NCBI GenBank assembly: GCA_000004985.1 | Contig: GG738898.1 | Length of the DNA: 64,000 bases | Direction: 5' to 3' (one strand) | Source of the DNA: Naegleria gruberi | Lineage: Eukaryota | Shown here: positions 10,093-21,052 of the stretch, piece by piece | Position numbering within the stretch: the stretch's first letter is position 1 | How the letters are laid out: each line of letters starts with the position of its first letter | Position numbers and translations under genes: made by a program | The notes under the pieces: model-generated | Database searches by the model: none | Told to the model about the DNA's origin: nothing | What the model saw: the letters and a program-made list of their open reading frames with translations, nothing else

Positions 10093-11295
10093 TTATTCGA
10101 TATTTTCCACAAGAGCCATCAATTGTTCACTTGATGAAGGTCTAGCAGCTGGATCCAATTGTAAAGTCATTTGAACAAAGTCCAACAATTCTTCACTGTA
10201 AATATCCTTCAACTCATTACAAATATCACTGACAAAGTTTGGATTCTTGGATAATTCCTCTTTAACATCGGTCATTCTCTGTGAAAGAATTTCTAAAATG
10301 ATAACACCTAGGGACCAAATATCACTCGATGCTGAATAGTCCTGTCCTTTAGCTTGCTCTGGAGACATGTAGCACTCTGTTCCAACTTTGGCATTTTCCA
10401 CAGATTTTACAAAACAACTCAATCCAAAATCTCCAATTCTCAACTCATCTCTCTCATTATCATTGAAGAAAATATTCTCTGGTTTCAAATCTCTGTGAAG
10501 ATAACCTTTCGTATGAATAAAAACTAGAGCAGCAGTCAATTTTCTCAACCAATTCACTACCAGTGTTTGACTGACAAGTGAGGATGCACCATTCTTCTTC
10601 TTGAACCTATCCAAGTACATTCTCAAGTCTCCTCCCTTGCAAAACTCCAAAATAATACAGAGAACATATTCTTGTTTTCCTGCATCACTTTCACTAGCTC
10701 CTACTCCAATAGTATCGGCAATAATTGTCGATTCCTTTTGTTCAACGAAAAAGTCATGAATTGAATTGATATACTCGTGTCTCAATGAATAGAGAGATTT
10801 GATTTCATTAAAGTTCTGATTCAATTCTTGTATGGTTCTCAGCTTGATTCTCTTCATGACATAGAACTTCTTTTCAGTAGAATCCTTCTCAGAAACTATA
10901 TAGGCAGCACCCTGAGCTCCAAGTCCAATACGTTTCTTGATAGCATACTTTTCACTATAGTCAGTTCCCTTACTTTCAATTGCTGTTTCAAGAGTTGATT
11001 TGATTGCTTCCTCTTCTTCGGGTGTCAGTTTGGGATTGGTAATGAGTTTCTGTGGACGCTTTGGTGGTCCAGTTGGTACATTTTCCGTTACACTGTCAAA
11101 TAAGTGTTGCTTTGGTACAAGTGAAGTGGTTTGAATTTGTGAGGAAGGTCTCTTTAAAATATTCGAAATGAAATTGGAGAAACCTCTCTTCTTGACAGTT
11201 GGTTTTGGAATACTGGCGCTCTTCTTTCCTGAATCCTTCATTATTCCTGAAATACTCAACACATCTGAAACTCCATTATCACTACAATTCATCAT
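10093..11295 (-). CDS. Ser/Thr protein kinase
   Basis: A 400-aa ORF with a Gly loop IGLGAQGAAY, the lysine motif YVMKRIKL, the catalytic loop HRDLKPENIFF, DFG (IGDFGLS) and the activation/APE region GTECYMSPE. A basic, low-complexity N-terminal linker of about 110 aa precedes the domain. See the finding on a possible splice from the upstream G-alpha gene. Confidence 0.9.
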   Translation of the reverse strand: MMNCSDNGVSDVLSISGIMKDSGKKSASIPKPTVKKRGFSNFISNILKRPSSQIQTTSLVPKQHLFDSVTENVPTGPPKRPQKLITNPKLTPEEEEAIKSTLETAIESKGTDYSEKYAIKKRIGLGAQGAAYIVSEKDSTEKKFYVMKRIKLRTIQELNQNFNEIKSLYSLRHEYINSIHDFFVEQKESTIIADTIGVGASESDAGKQEYVLCIILEFCKGGDLRMYLDRFKKKNGASSLVSQTLVVNWLRKLTAALVFIHTKGYLHRDLKPENIFFNDNERDELRIGDFGLSCFVKSVENAKVGTECYMSPEQAKGQDYSASSDIWSLGVIILEILSQRMTDVKEELSKNPNFVSDICNELKDIYSEELLDFVQMTLQLDPAARPSSSEQLMALVENIE

Positions 11296-11327
11296 TAATA
11301 AATATTTTGAAAATATTGTAATAATAC

Positions 11328-13136
11328 TTACTTGAGAAGAATCTTTAAATTATCATTCTTTAGTGAAGGTGGATTTGAGTCTGACTGTCTCAATATAGAA
11401 TCTAAACCCTCCTCAAACAAATATTTGACAAATGACTTGTCAATTGCAGACATTTCATACATGTGAATTGACTTTTTAGACTTCAATTCCGTTCTAATAA
11501 TGTTATAGAACAATCTTCCAATATATTTCCTACTATTATCGAAAACATTTTGTGGTTCTGTTGATAAATTAATTCCTCCTGTCGATGCGGTTATTGTGGT
11601 GAATGCAGAAACATGGAAACCTTGCTTCTCAAAATCTGGAAATATCACAGAGATTGACTTGTCCTTTTCCTCAATCTTTTCCTTAAAAACATCCATCTTG
11701 TTGAGTACAATTACAAATTCAGATTCCAAATTTCTCATATTCATCTCTTGACAAACAGATTTTAACACTTCAATGGATTCTTGAAGTTTGTTCTTATTTT
11801 TCTGATCACACGAATTGACATCAAAATCAGCCACTGAAACCACATAAACAATCACATCAGGTTTGGCTTCCAATAGAAGGGCCCACTTTTTTCTTTCACA
11901 TCTCTCACCACCAGTATCGTAGACTTTCACAACAGTGGATTTACTAATTTTCACATCCACTGAATTGATACCAGTTGTTTGCACTCTCATTTTAAAATAA
12001 TCATCTTCAGTTGCTATTATTATTGCATTCGAATCACATTATTCTAAACGTGGAAATTACTTACGTTTATAATCTTCCTTGAAAATTCTATTGATATTCT
12101 TCATGAAATAGACAATATTTTCACTAATATGAAAATTAAAATCCGTAGCATTCATAAATAAATATCTCACAGCATTATTCCTCCAAATTGCCTTGATATC
12201 CGATTTCAATTCTTTCAAACCTCCTTCATAATCAATATGCCAACTTCTCTCATTCATCGTCTTGGTCGAAATAAACTTGATCCTATTCACAATCTTTTCC
12301 TCTGCCTTGTTCCATTCGAATTGGAAAGAAGAAATGAGTGAATTTCTTCTCCTATTTTCATTACTCATATTCATATTCACATCAAATTGTTGTTGTTGAT
12401 TGATTTCATCATTGGCAAATGTTGTCCTTCCTCTATTGAATAGTGATGGTTTTTGAGAATCGTTACTTGTTGTTTTTGAAGTTAATGGACTTGATTGACC
12501 TAAAGAGGAAGGAGACAAACCTGATGAAGATGTAGAAGCACTTGATGTTTCTAATAGTTTAGAATGTCTCATTGCAGTGCTAACAGCACTAATTCCCAAC
12601 AAGGAATCATCACCAAGAGCATTTTCATCAAAACTATTCGAAAGTATAGAACGATCACTAAATTGTGAAGGATTGCTCTTTACAAGATTTATCAATTCAT
12701 CAGAAAGTCTTCTATCATGTCTCGTACTCGCCTTTCTCTCTAAATTCGGCATTGATGTATTCGAAACCGCCTCTCTACTAGCACTTGTAATTGCGTTGCT
12801 GCTGCCATTATTATCAGAAAGTAAACTATTGTTTGCCACAAATTGTTCCATAAATTTTATGGCCCTCTTGATGTGATGAACAATTTCATACTGAAGTGAA
12901 GTTTTAATTAAAATTCGATTTTCTTGCGTTGAATGAAAATTACAAAATTGAGCATTTCCATATAACGATCGACAACTTTTGAAAATTGTGCTTTTACCAC
13001 TTTCGGAAGTACCTAATAGTGCAACTACTGGGATGGTGTGGATGGTTGTTGTTGATGAGGGAAATGGAAATGGTGGAGATGAAGTTGTTGGTGATGGTGG
13101 AACCATTTTTTTGATTTTAAAATTGGCAGATGACAC
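11328..13136 (-). CDS. Heterotrimeric G-protein alpha subunit. It has 2 exons with a 51-nt intron at 12014..12064.
   Basis: Exon 1 (13136..12065) contains the G1 P-loop LLGTSESGKSTIFK and a Ser-rich insertion of about 150 aa in the helical domain. It ends ...IFKEDYK + C. The donor is GTAAGT at 12064 and the acceptor AATAATAATAG ends at 12014. Exon 2 (12013..11328) starts CA to give Pro, then TEDDYFKMRVQTTGI, which matches PTQQDVLRTRVKTTGI of G-alpha-i. Further motifs are DTGGERCERKKW (G3), LNKMD (G4) and a canonical C-terminus ...KNDNLKILLK. The join is in phase. Confidence 0.9.
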
Positions 13137-13894
13137 TTGACTGGTTTTTAATAGAATGGCATTGCGACTTGAGCGTCAGATGGAAGAGAATTTTCAGTGC
13201 AACACTCGGCAACGAATAAAAATTCATTGAATATTTTGGTTTTTGTCTATGATTTCAAGTTCACAAGTAAAATGCTTCTCAAAATTTCGAGATTATTCGA
13301 AATTGAGCTTGTTATTTTGTAAAATAAGAAATGAATTGTACAATCCAAGGGTACAACAAGCCAAAAGGTTGGCATTTGGTCATGCATTAAAATCTTTCCA
13401 TTTATCTATAAATGGGAATTAACAACTTGTCGACTTTTACCACCTCAACAGCACCAATGATTTAGAACTAACAATTATGAGATTTCAGGTGAGAGTTCTG
13501 CAAATAGTGGTACATGCCACACCAACAGATCGTTACGTAGACCTCTCTGAAAAACATGCAAACATTATGACAATTACAAAAGCTGGAACACATGGCCTTA
13601 GTGTAAAAGCGGGTGTTTGAATCAGCTTTCCTCAGTTACTATTAGTATTATCACTCTTTCAATGCGTATGTTAGATAGGTGATTGATAGAAATAAACTTG
13701 TAATATTGTTGAAAGTTTTTTTTTGATTAGTTAGTTCACATACTAATTCGCCGTGGACGAAAGTTTGGTTTAAAATGGCTTGAAACTAAAGGCTTGTAAA
13801 AGTGAACAGAGGAAAGATAACAAATGTAAATTATTAGAATTAGTTTTTAATCAATTAGTTTACTTTACATTAGTTAAAAATTAGTCAAAATTGC

Positions 13895-14281
13895 TTAGAA
13901 TACAATTTGTTGTTTAGTGAAAGCAGCACTCTTTCTATTATTCACCTTATTTTTAAATCCTTCATTATCTGATCTCCTAATAATTCTTGCTGAGTTTCTT
14001 GGATTGACATGTGAAGTTTGTGAGAGAGCTCCCAAACTAGTCTTACTATTAACATCAACATATTCAGGTGTATGTTTCAGAGAAGATGTCATCGTTCTAG
14101 GAGAAGTATCAATCATCATATCTGTATCACTATTTGATGATCGTGGAGAGTCAGTTTGTTGATCAGTTGATGTTGAATTATTGGTCGGTGTCTTTTTTCT
14201 TTTCTTGACCAGGAAGGAGAAGAGTTTAAAATTTGACATTTTGCTACTAGAAGTTGTGTTGTTAGGTGGTGTGTTGCTCAT
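13895..14281 (-). CDS. Small Ser/Thr-rich hypothetical protein (low-complexity ORF)
   Basis: A 128-aa ORF rich in S/T/N with no recognisable domain. It may be a genuine small gene or a chance ORF in AT-rich DNA. Confidence 0.25.
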   Translation of the reverse strand: MSNTPPNNTTSSSKMSNFKLFSFLVKKRKKTPTNNSTSTDQQTDSPRSSNSDTDMMIDTSPRTMTSSLKHTPEYVDVNSKTSLGALSQTSHVNPRNSARIIRRSDNEGFKNKVNNRKSAAFTKQQIVF

Positions 14282-14947
14282 TGCTAAAAACGCGAAAGGT
14301 TCTGTTAAAATTTGATAGTGGTTGGGATGAAAAGCTTTTTGCTTTTTTTTTAATCAAATGTAATTGTAAACTTACTACAAAAGACGCAAAGGACCATTTA
14401 ACTTAAGATCAATGAAGAAGTGATTCGGTTAACAGTTGACAACATGAAGTTTGATTGGCTAATTTGTGGGCTTATAGTGTGAGGTACCAAAAACGAAACC
14501 TAAGCAAAAGCAGAAGTTAATATCAGAAACTTTCTCTTCACCAAAGGTAATTGACTTGTGTGTTTAATTCTTTGTTGCATCAACTGTTGCATGTTGTGAA
14601 ATATCTTCATGTCAGTGAAGTAAATTAATGGTACAGAAATGGTAATTGTCTTCTTTTCAATAGTTAAATGTCATATTAGTGGAGTAATTCTCGGAGACCA
14701 TTGTAGAGATTGAGGAAGATTCATATTATTGTAAACAACGTTTAAATCTTGGGGTCACTGTGTGGCTGAAGAGGTTACAAATAAGCTCATACATTATATT
14801 AAATGAAGATGATTCGAATTGAGCTCTTGAATGGGTTGTCTATTAAGAATTGTTACAATTTAATTACACGTATTGCATAATCTGGCCGAATAGACATGCT
14901 TTCAATTCTTGATTATCTAAATAAGTTTCTGGATACAATGCTCATTC

Positions 14948-15943
14948 TTAAGAAATTATACATTCCTTGCTCTTTCTTTGTTTTTTGTTCGCTACTGTTG
15001 TTGGGGTTTCTGTCTTGTTATTTTGTTTGTTGATTTGTTTGGATGGATCAATTGTAAGGGAAATAACATTTTGAGAGCAGTGTTCATAAATCTTTGCAAT
15101 ATATTCCAGCAATAGATTTCTAACAGATTCAATATTATTAGTAGCCTCTAGGAAGGTAAAAGCACCCATTGATTTGCTTATTTGTGTAATATTTTCATCT
15201 GTGAAAAGTTCAATTAAGCCTGAGGACAGATTTTTGGTCCATATTGCTTTCTGGTGTGGAATTCTATTAATTGTTAAAAGTAATACTCTCGGAATGGAGC
15301 TGCTCAATTTATCTATTTCATCATAATCAATTGGATACCCACGAAAAGGAATGATAACTAGATGGCTTTCTTCATGAAATTTCTTGTTAAAATCGTTTTC
15401 AAAGTAAATACTTAGATTGTCATTAACATGGAATGTTGCATTTGGTTCAATAAGTAGTGCTTCCACATCAACTTGCTTACGAAAGAGTAACAAATCAGTA
15501 CCAAAATTTCTAAATGAAAAGGAAACTTTGATGTTGTGAGGAGTGGATTTGAATTTATTAGAAAGTTGAGAAATCTTTCTTCTATCCAAAAATTCTACAT
15601 CACAGTTTCCGAGTAATGACAATGTATTTAATTGCAAAACCTCAGATAATACTTGTCGGATTTGATCTATTAAGGCCAGTAATAACTGTCTTCTGTTGTT
15701 CCAAACCTGTCCCTTTTCAACTTGTTCTATTTTACTATCCAAGTTTTGCAATTTTAGCGACTCGTGTTGATATAGAGCTGACTGCTTTAATTTTCCAATT
15801 TTTGTATTCCAATAATTATCCAAATGGCAAACTGCAGATGAACATTTTGAATTTACCAACATTAAAGATGAAAGGTCCCGAAAGGATGTCAAATATTCAG
15901 CCACATTGGTCCAGCAGTCTCCAATATCCATGAGTTGTTGCAT
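14948..15943 (-). CDS. F-box-like domain protein (hypothetical)
   Basis: A 331-aa ORF. The N-terminal IGDCWTNVAEYLTSFRDLSSLMLVNSKCSSAV resembles an F-box (L..e.l..I...L...dL..l..Vck.W). The rest has no known domain. Confidence 0.6.
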   Translation of the reverse strand: MQQLMDIGDCWTNVAEYLTSFRDLSSLMLVNSKCSSAVCHLDNYWNTKIGKLKQSALYQHESLKLQNLDSKIEQVEKGQVWNNRRQLLLALIDQIRQVLSEVLQLNTLSLLGNCDVEFLDRRKISQLSNKFKSTPHNIKVSFSFRNFGTDLLLFRKQVDVEALLIEPNATFHVNDNLSIYFENDFNKKFHEESHLVIIPFRGYPIDYDEIDKLSSSIPRVLLLTINRIPHQKAIWTKNLSSGLIELFTDENITQISKSMGAFTFLEATNNIESVRNLLLEYIAKIYEHCSQNVISLTIDPSKQINKQNNKTETPTTVANKKQRKSKECIIS

Positions 15944-16030
15944 TTTTTTGTAAATTTAACGGCAAGTTCATCAGCTATTAATAATAATAAATTAGTTTAC
16001 CAACTTGAACAAGTTAAAATATCTACAATC

Positions 16031-17047
16031 TCAGTGGGTCATGTCTTCCACTTCTTGTAAACCAAGATCAGCCATATTTACATGAATATTTACATTGTTC
16101 GCAATTGAGGATTTTACAATATTGATAATTGCTTTGGATTCACCAATCTTGTAGATTTTGAGTCTATGATTCACAAAGTGGTACCAATTAATACCAAGTT
16201 GAGCTTCATCTGAGGATGAAAGGGAATTTGTTACAAGTACACCCACCTTGAACTTTTCGTTCAATTGTTTAAGGAGTGTAGCCTCTGTTTGGAGAATACT
16301 GGCTCTTTCAAAAGCTCCACCTTCTTTCCCTTGAAATTCCTTTGTTGATAATGTTGCCAGTGAATCAATAACAATTAATTTAATATTCTTCTCGAAAATG
16401 AATTCTTCCAAATTGTCTAAACTGTCTATCAACTCTTTGGAGCTGGCAACATGAATTATTGTACACTTCTTCAGAATTCTTTCTTCAATTTCTGATTCGC
16501 TCATATCAGGATTTCTGTTCTTCATCATGAAATATATTCTTTGGAAAATATTTGCTTGTTTAACTTCAGTGTCGAAAATAACACAACCAAACTTATCAAA
16601 CTCCATCAATAAATCACTAACAGCGGAAAGACAAAATTCTGATTTACCTGATGTTGTTGCTCCAACAATTTCAGTGATCATATTCAACGGAATGCCTCCA
16701 TGAAATAATGTATTAAAGGATGGAATATATTTCAATGGTAAAAACATTTGCTTATTTTGCTTTTCATTGTATAGTTGTAGACCAGTCCTTGGATTATTTA
16801 AATAATTTTGTGATATTATATTAGTTTTGAAAATCACATTCCGAACATAATTAGAGGCTTCCTCAAGTGTGCTCGTATCCAAAATGTATCGTAACTTGGA
16901 GTTTGGAACACAGAGTAATTGTTGTGTTGTGTTGATATTGTTCTGTGAGAGTGATGAAAGTTGTGTTGATGAAAAAAGCTTCAGATCAGAGAGACGAGCG
17001 TTTAAAGCCATTTTTTTGTTTTTAAATTTTTTATTGGCGGTTTCCAC
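16031..17047 (-). CDS. RAD51 paralog (RecA-family ATPase; XRCC3/RAD51C-like)
   Basis: GGIPLNMITEIVGATTSGKSEFCLSAV (Walker A) and KLIVIDSLATL (Walker B) in a 338-aa ORF. An N-terminal region precedes the ATPase core. The alignment pattern resembles RAD51 GGIETGSITE..G..GKTQ.C. Confidence 0.75.
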   Translation of the reverse strand: METANKKFKNKKMALNARLSDLKLFSSTQLSSLSQNNINTTQQLLCVPNSKLRYILDTSTLEEASNYVRNVIFKTNIISQNYLNNPRTGLQLYNEKQNKQMFLPLKYIPSFNTLFHGGIPLNMITEIVGATTSGKSEFCLSAVSDLLMEFDKFGCVIFDTEVKQANIFQRIYFMMKNRNPDMSESEIEERILKKCTIIHVASSKELIDSLDNLEEFIFEKNIKLIVIDSLATLSTKEFQGKEGGAFERASILQTEATLLKQLNEKFKVGVLVTNSLSSSDEAQLGINWYHFVNHRLKIYKIGESKAIINIVKSSIANNVNIHVNMADLGLQEVEDMTH

Positions 17048-17117
17048 CTTTTACTTGATTTTTTACAAGCTTGAACATCTATCTCTCAAAAATTGTAAAT
17101 TAATAAACTATTTATTA

Positions 17118-19508
17118 CTATTGAATGGAGCAATTTTTTCCATTCTTACCATACGAACTAGACAAAAAGTAGAAGAAAATTAGATTTGGGCATGATTTGA
17201 AGCTAATTGGCTGGGGATCATTTTCTGCTACGTCACTCACAACGAATTCTCTCAATTTTGGTGCTTCTATTTGTTTTGCAGAGAGGTTCAACTCTTTGAT
17301 GCAGTAAATGTTCACCAATTTGATATTATTCCACATATAACCTGCTTTTGAGTTTAGAGTCAAACTGGTTTTCGGTCCAAATACTACTAACTCTTCTAAG
17401 GATGGCAGTAAACTCAATTCAATTGTGCAAACTCCACAACTCTCAAGAAGAATATTTTTGAGATATTTGAATTCAGTCTTATTCAAGTCGGTAAATCCTC
17501 GTAGAGATAAAGATGTCAAGTTGGATAATTTTTGAATTTCTTTAAAAGTTATCCAGTAATCTCTGCTTCCTTGTTTTGATAGCTTGAAATGAGTTATGGA
17601 ATCCATATTTTGTGGTGGTTTGACTACTGTACAATTTGTATCTATGGAAAGTTCTTTAAGTGGAATATCTGGAACCTTACATACGTCTCCATGGTAAATA
17701 GACTGATTCAAAAGCAATGTATCTTTTTTAGAGATGTGCTCCTGAATAAAGTTTTCATAAACCGAGGAGCAGAAAAAGTTAGTAAATCCACTTGCATGAG
17801 AGTCACTTTGAATTACTAGCTTGTCAATATTTTGAATACTATTGAACATTGCTTCATGGTGAGTAGAGGAAGTTCTGTAATTCATCCAATCTATCTGCTT
17901 GATTACTACATTTGGACCATCCGTATATGTTCCATACATGCTGGTTGAAGCATTTGTAAATGATCTAACTCTATTAATGTTGATTGTGTGAGAAGGACCA
18001 TATATCATATATAAGCTCTCGCACTCATCAATTGTTACATTACAATGTGCCACCTGGTCAAATTTGAAATAGGAGAGGCAATTGTTTGGTAAGTACACAT
18101 TAGCTTCTTGTAGCTTTGTAATTTTAAAAAGTTTCAATTCTGGACAATCAGAAACATCCACCTTGTTGATATCAGAAAGGTACAATTGTCTCAAGTGTTT
18201 CATATTATTAAATGCCAAGCTAATACTCCACACAGGTGGGTAATTCGTAAGGCAAGGATTGAGGGAATACGTAAATTGTGATAAGAGTGGAAATTTATCA
18301 AGGGTAAAGCTGCTGTCAATGATCACAGTGTCCATTAAGAGGTATCTTAACCTTGCTAATTTGGTACTTGAGTGGAGTATGAGTTTACAACCTGATATAC
18401 AAAGATTTTTCAATTTTGGTGCATAAAAGTCCTGGCTGAAACTCACAACCCTATCAGTATGAGTGGTCCGTACTGTTAAATCAATCAGCTCATTGAAATT
18501 CCCTGATAGTTCCATTTTTTCAATACTCTTTGATCCGTTAATGTATAATTGCCTGAGATTAGAGAAAGAGGATAGAAGCAGCATGGCTTCAATAAATTTT
18601 CCATCTTGGATTGGGGTACCAAGACTATAGTCATTAGAAACTCTCAAAAATGTAAATACGGATTTTTTCTTTTCTGATAAGGAGTTGTTCAAATATTCAA
18701 AATCTGCAAATCCAATATTAGAAGTCATTTCAATCTTTTCCAAATATTCTTCCAATAAATATTGAGGATTAGTTATCAATTCTATAGCTTCTCTCTTTTT
18801 CCTTGCTGCATAAAACCTAATAGTTTTCAATTTCAACTCTAAATGTTTTGCATTAGTGACAAAAAAGTAAAGTGTTTTGTAATCACCAACAGTTAAATGT
18901 TGCAAATTATTCCACAAGAATTGGTTAGGTTGAAATATAGCCAAATTGTTGCTATATGAAATATTCAAGTATAATTCCTCAATATTTGGTAAAAGCTTCA
19001 TGACAAACATTGTATAATCCATATTCTTATATTTGGATTGTATCAGACGGCTAAGTGAAACTTTCTTAATCAAAGTTAAATCACAAATCGATTGTAGAGC
19101 TGTTTTAAACAATTCATAAATAGAATCCGTTGAATCAATCAAATTATCATCACTCACTCCATTTTCAACCAATTTTCCAACAAACTTTAAAAACTTGCAT
19201 GACAACACATCCGGGAAAGGTATAATCGAATGATCCCAAATCAACGCATTATCATGAAGTTTCCAGAATAGGTCCCTACACGAATGTTTCAATGGAAATA
19301 TCGATGATCCAATAACATCCATCGTTACAAATTTCTGAGTAATATTCTTCATCGGATCGGAAGAATCAGCAGCAGATGATGATTCATTACCTTGATCCAT
19401 AGCAGAAGAAGATCCAGTCACTGACGCCGATTCATAATAGCTGTAGGAACCTAATAGAAAGGAATAAACAATTGCCAGACAATCGGGTGTGAGCTCTGAT
19501 AGAAGCAT
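17118..19508 (-). CDS. F-box-like/leucine-rich-repeat protein (796 aa)
   Basis: The N-terminal LTPDCLAIVYSFLLGSYSYY is F-box-like. It is followed by many irregular L..L..L.L..c..i repeats (LRR-like). Single uninterrupted ORF. Confidence 0.7.
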   Translation of the reverse strand: MLLSELTPDCLAIVYSFLLGSYSYYESASVTGSSSAMDQGNESSSAADSSDPMKNITQKFVTMDVIGSSIFPLKHSCRDLFWKLHDNALIWDHSIIPFPDVLSCKFLKFVGKLVENGVSDDNLIDSTDSIYELFKTALQSICDLTLIKKVSLSRLIQSKYKNMDYTMFVMKLLPNIEELYLNISYSNNLAIFQPNQFLWNNLQHLTVGDYKTLYFFVTNAKHLELKLKTIRFYAARKKREAIELITNPQYLLEEYLEKIEMTSNIGFADFEYLNNSLSEKKKSVFTFLRVSNDYSLGTPIQDGKFIEAMLLLSSFSNLRQLYINGSKSIEKMELSGNFNELIDLTVRTTHTDRVVSFSQDFYAPKLKNLCISGCKLILHSSTKLARLRYLLMDTVIIDSSFTLDKFPLLSQFTYSLNPCLTNYPPVWSISLAFNNMKHLRQLYLSDINKVDVSDCPELKLFKITKLQEANVYLPNNCLSYFKFDQVAHCNVTIDECESLYMIYGPSHTININRVRSFTNASTSMYGTYTDGPNVVIKQIDWMNYRTSSTHHEAMFNSIQNIDKLVIQSDSHASGFTNFFCSSVYENFIQEHISKKDTLLLNQSIYHGDVCKVPDIPLKELSIDTNCTVVKPPQNMDSITHFKLSKQGSRDYWITFKEIQKLSNLTSLSLRGFTDLNKTEFKYLKNILLESCGVCTIELSLLPSLEELVVFGPKTSLTLNSKAGYMWNNIKLVNIYCIKELNLSAKQIEAPKLREFVVSDVAENDPQPISFKSCPNLIFFYFLSSSYGKNGKNCSIQ

Positions 19509-19675
19509 TTTTTTTGATTATTTTTATTATTTATTTTTATTATAAATATTAAATAGTAATACCTCAATTACAATAAAAACTCTCCTTAATCAATCGAATT
19601 AATACACTTTTTTAACTTCTCCCTTTTTGAGATGTTTGACATTTTGACAGCAAAAATTACGTAACTCTCCAAGGA

Positions 19676-20938
19676 TTGATCGTAAATTTCAATAATAAAA
19701 AAAAAGAAATGACAACCACCTCAACAAACCTCAAACCACCTGACTACGTCTCAATGATTAAATATCTTCAAGAGGAGGAAAAAAGAATCGAACAATTGAT
19801 GAATCAATGTGTTGATTGTTATCCGAAACCTCATCCACCACTTTTAAAGAAGAAATCATCGAAACAAATTATTGAGGAAAATACAATTCTTTCTGCTAGA
19901 TCGGATGCCAGTCATTTCTCTGATGTTTCTAATATTGAAAATGAGGAGGAAATTGGAGATTTTGATGTTCCGATACAATATTCGAAACCTAGTGAATCTC
20001 TTGAAAATTGTTATAATCCCTTTGAGTATAGAAAGTACAAAATGCAATTGGAAAAGATAAGAACATCTAAAAAGAGATTTACAAAAGCAGCAAGTAAACT
20101 AAACGTGCCTAATACAATTATCAGAAATAGACGAAATCAAAAGATTCTATCCATTGAGGAATTTGATCCGAACAAATATTTGGAACGAATTACATCTGAA
20201 AATGTTATTGATCATTTTGCTGATTTTCAAAAATACAGAGAAGCTCAAAAGAGTAGATGGTCAAATTTCGTCCAAGAAATGGATACGAAATCGAAACGAA
20301 AGTCTGCCCTTACTCAAGAAAATTCCAAAGAAAATATACCTCCCCAAATAATTATTCAAAATCATGATTCCCATTCTGTTAAAATCCCACTTCTCAAACT
20401 CCCAGAAACTCGAAACCAAGAAGAAAGGCCAGCAAAACCAAATACGAAATCCAAAAACTCAAACTTTCAATATTATTCCCAATTTAAGGAAGCTCTCCAA
20501 CCACACTACACTGGTCTACAACCTAAGAACCAAGAATTCATTTCCAAACACAAAAAAGAAGCAATTCTCAGATGGACCGATGTTGATGAATTCTTAAATA
20601 AGGACGATTTTTCAATTTTGAAAGAAAAATGCGAACTCAATCTTTCTCAAATGAAAGTTCCCTCTCCAAATAATTCCTCCCACCTGAAAGTAAAGCAACA
20701 CTTCTCTGAAATGAAGAGAAATAAGAGTGAAACTGCAATGCTGGCTCCAGAAAGTCAAAATTTACTTCCACTATTGGAAGCTAAATTGGATGTGAATAAG
20801 GAAATTGTGAATAATAGAGTGGTTGACCAGAGTAATGTTAATAGACATGCTGTGGTGACTCCACCTCCTCATCAATTGCTTAAAATTTCAAAATCGACTG
20901 GTTCGATTCCTTACAGAAATTTCAATAAACTGTTGTAA
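19676..20938 (+). CDS. Lys/Glu-rich hypothetical protein (420 aa)
   Basis: A long uninterrupted ORF of charged low-complexity sequence with no recognisable domain. Confidence 0.5.
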   Translation: MIVNFNNKKKEMTTTSTNLKPPDYVSMIKYLQEEEKRIEQLMNQCVDCYPKPHPPLLKKKSSKQIIEENTILSARSDASHFSDVSNIENEEEIGDFDVPIQYSKPSESLENCYNPFEYRKYKMQLEKIRTSKKRFTKAASKLNVPNTIIRNRRNQKILSIEEFDPNKYLERITSENVIDHFADFQKYREAQKSRWSNFVQEMDTKSKRKSALTQENSKENIPPQIIIQNHDSHSVKIPLLKLPETRNQEERPAKPNTKSKNSNFQYYSQFKEALQPHYTGLQPKNQEFISKHKKEAILRWTDVDEFLNKDDFSILKEKCELNLSQMKVPSPNNSSHLKVKQHFSEMKRNKSETAMLAPESQNLLPLLEAKLDVNKEIVNNRVVDQSNVNRHAVVTPPPHQLLKISKSTGSIPYRNFNKLL

Positions 20939-21052
20939 ATATGAATATTCAGAGTATTTAGATTTTATATTGTAAAGTTTTACAAAACATCTTAATATGG
21001 GTTTGGAAGTTGGTTAAACTCACTTCGTTCTTATTACAAATATATTAAAAAA

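Noticed and set aside
12577-12876. Antisense ORFs inside long genes, such as 12577..12876, 46033..46263, 47204..47401, 51934..52323 and 40352..40657
   Set aside because: They lie opposite well-supported conserved coding sequence, give low-complexity translations and are short. Such ORFs are expected by chance in AT-rich DNA.
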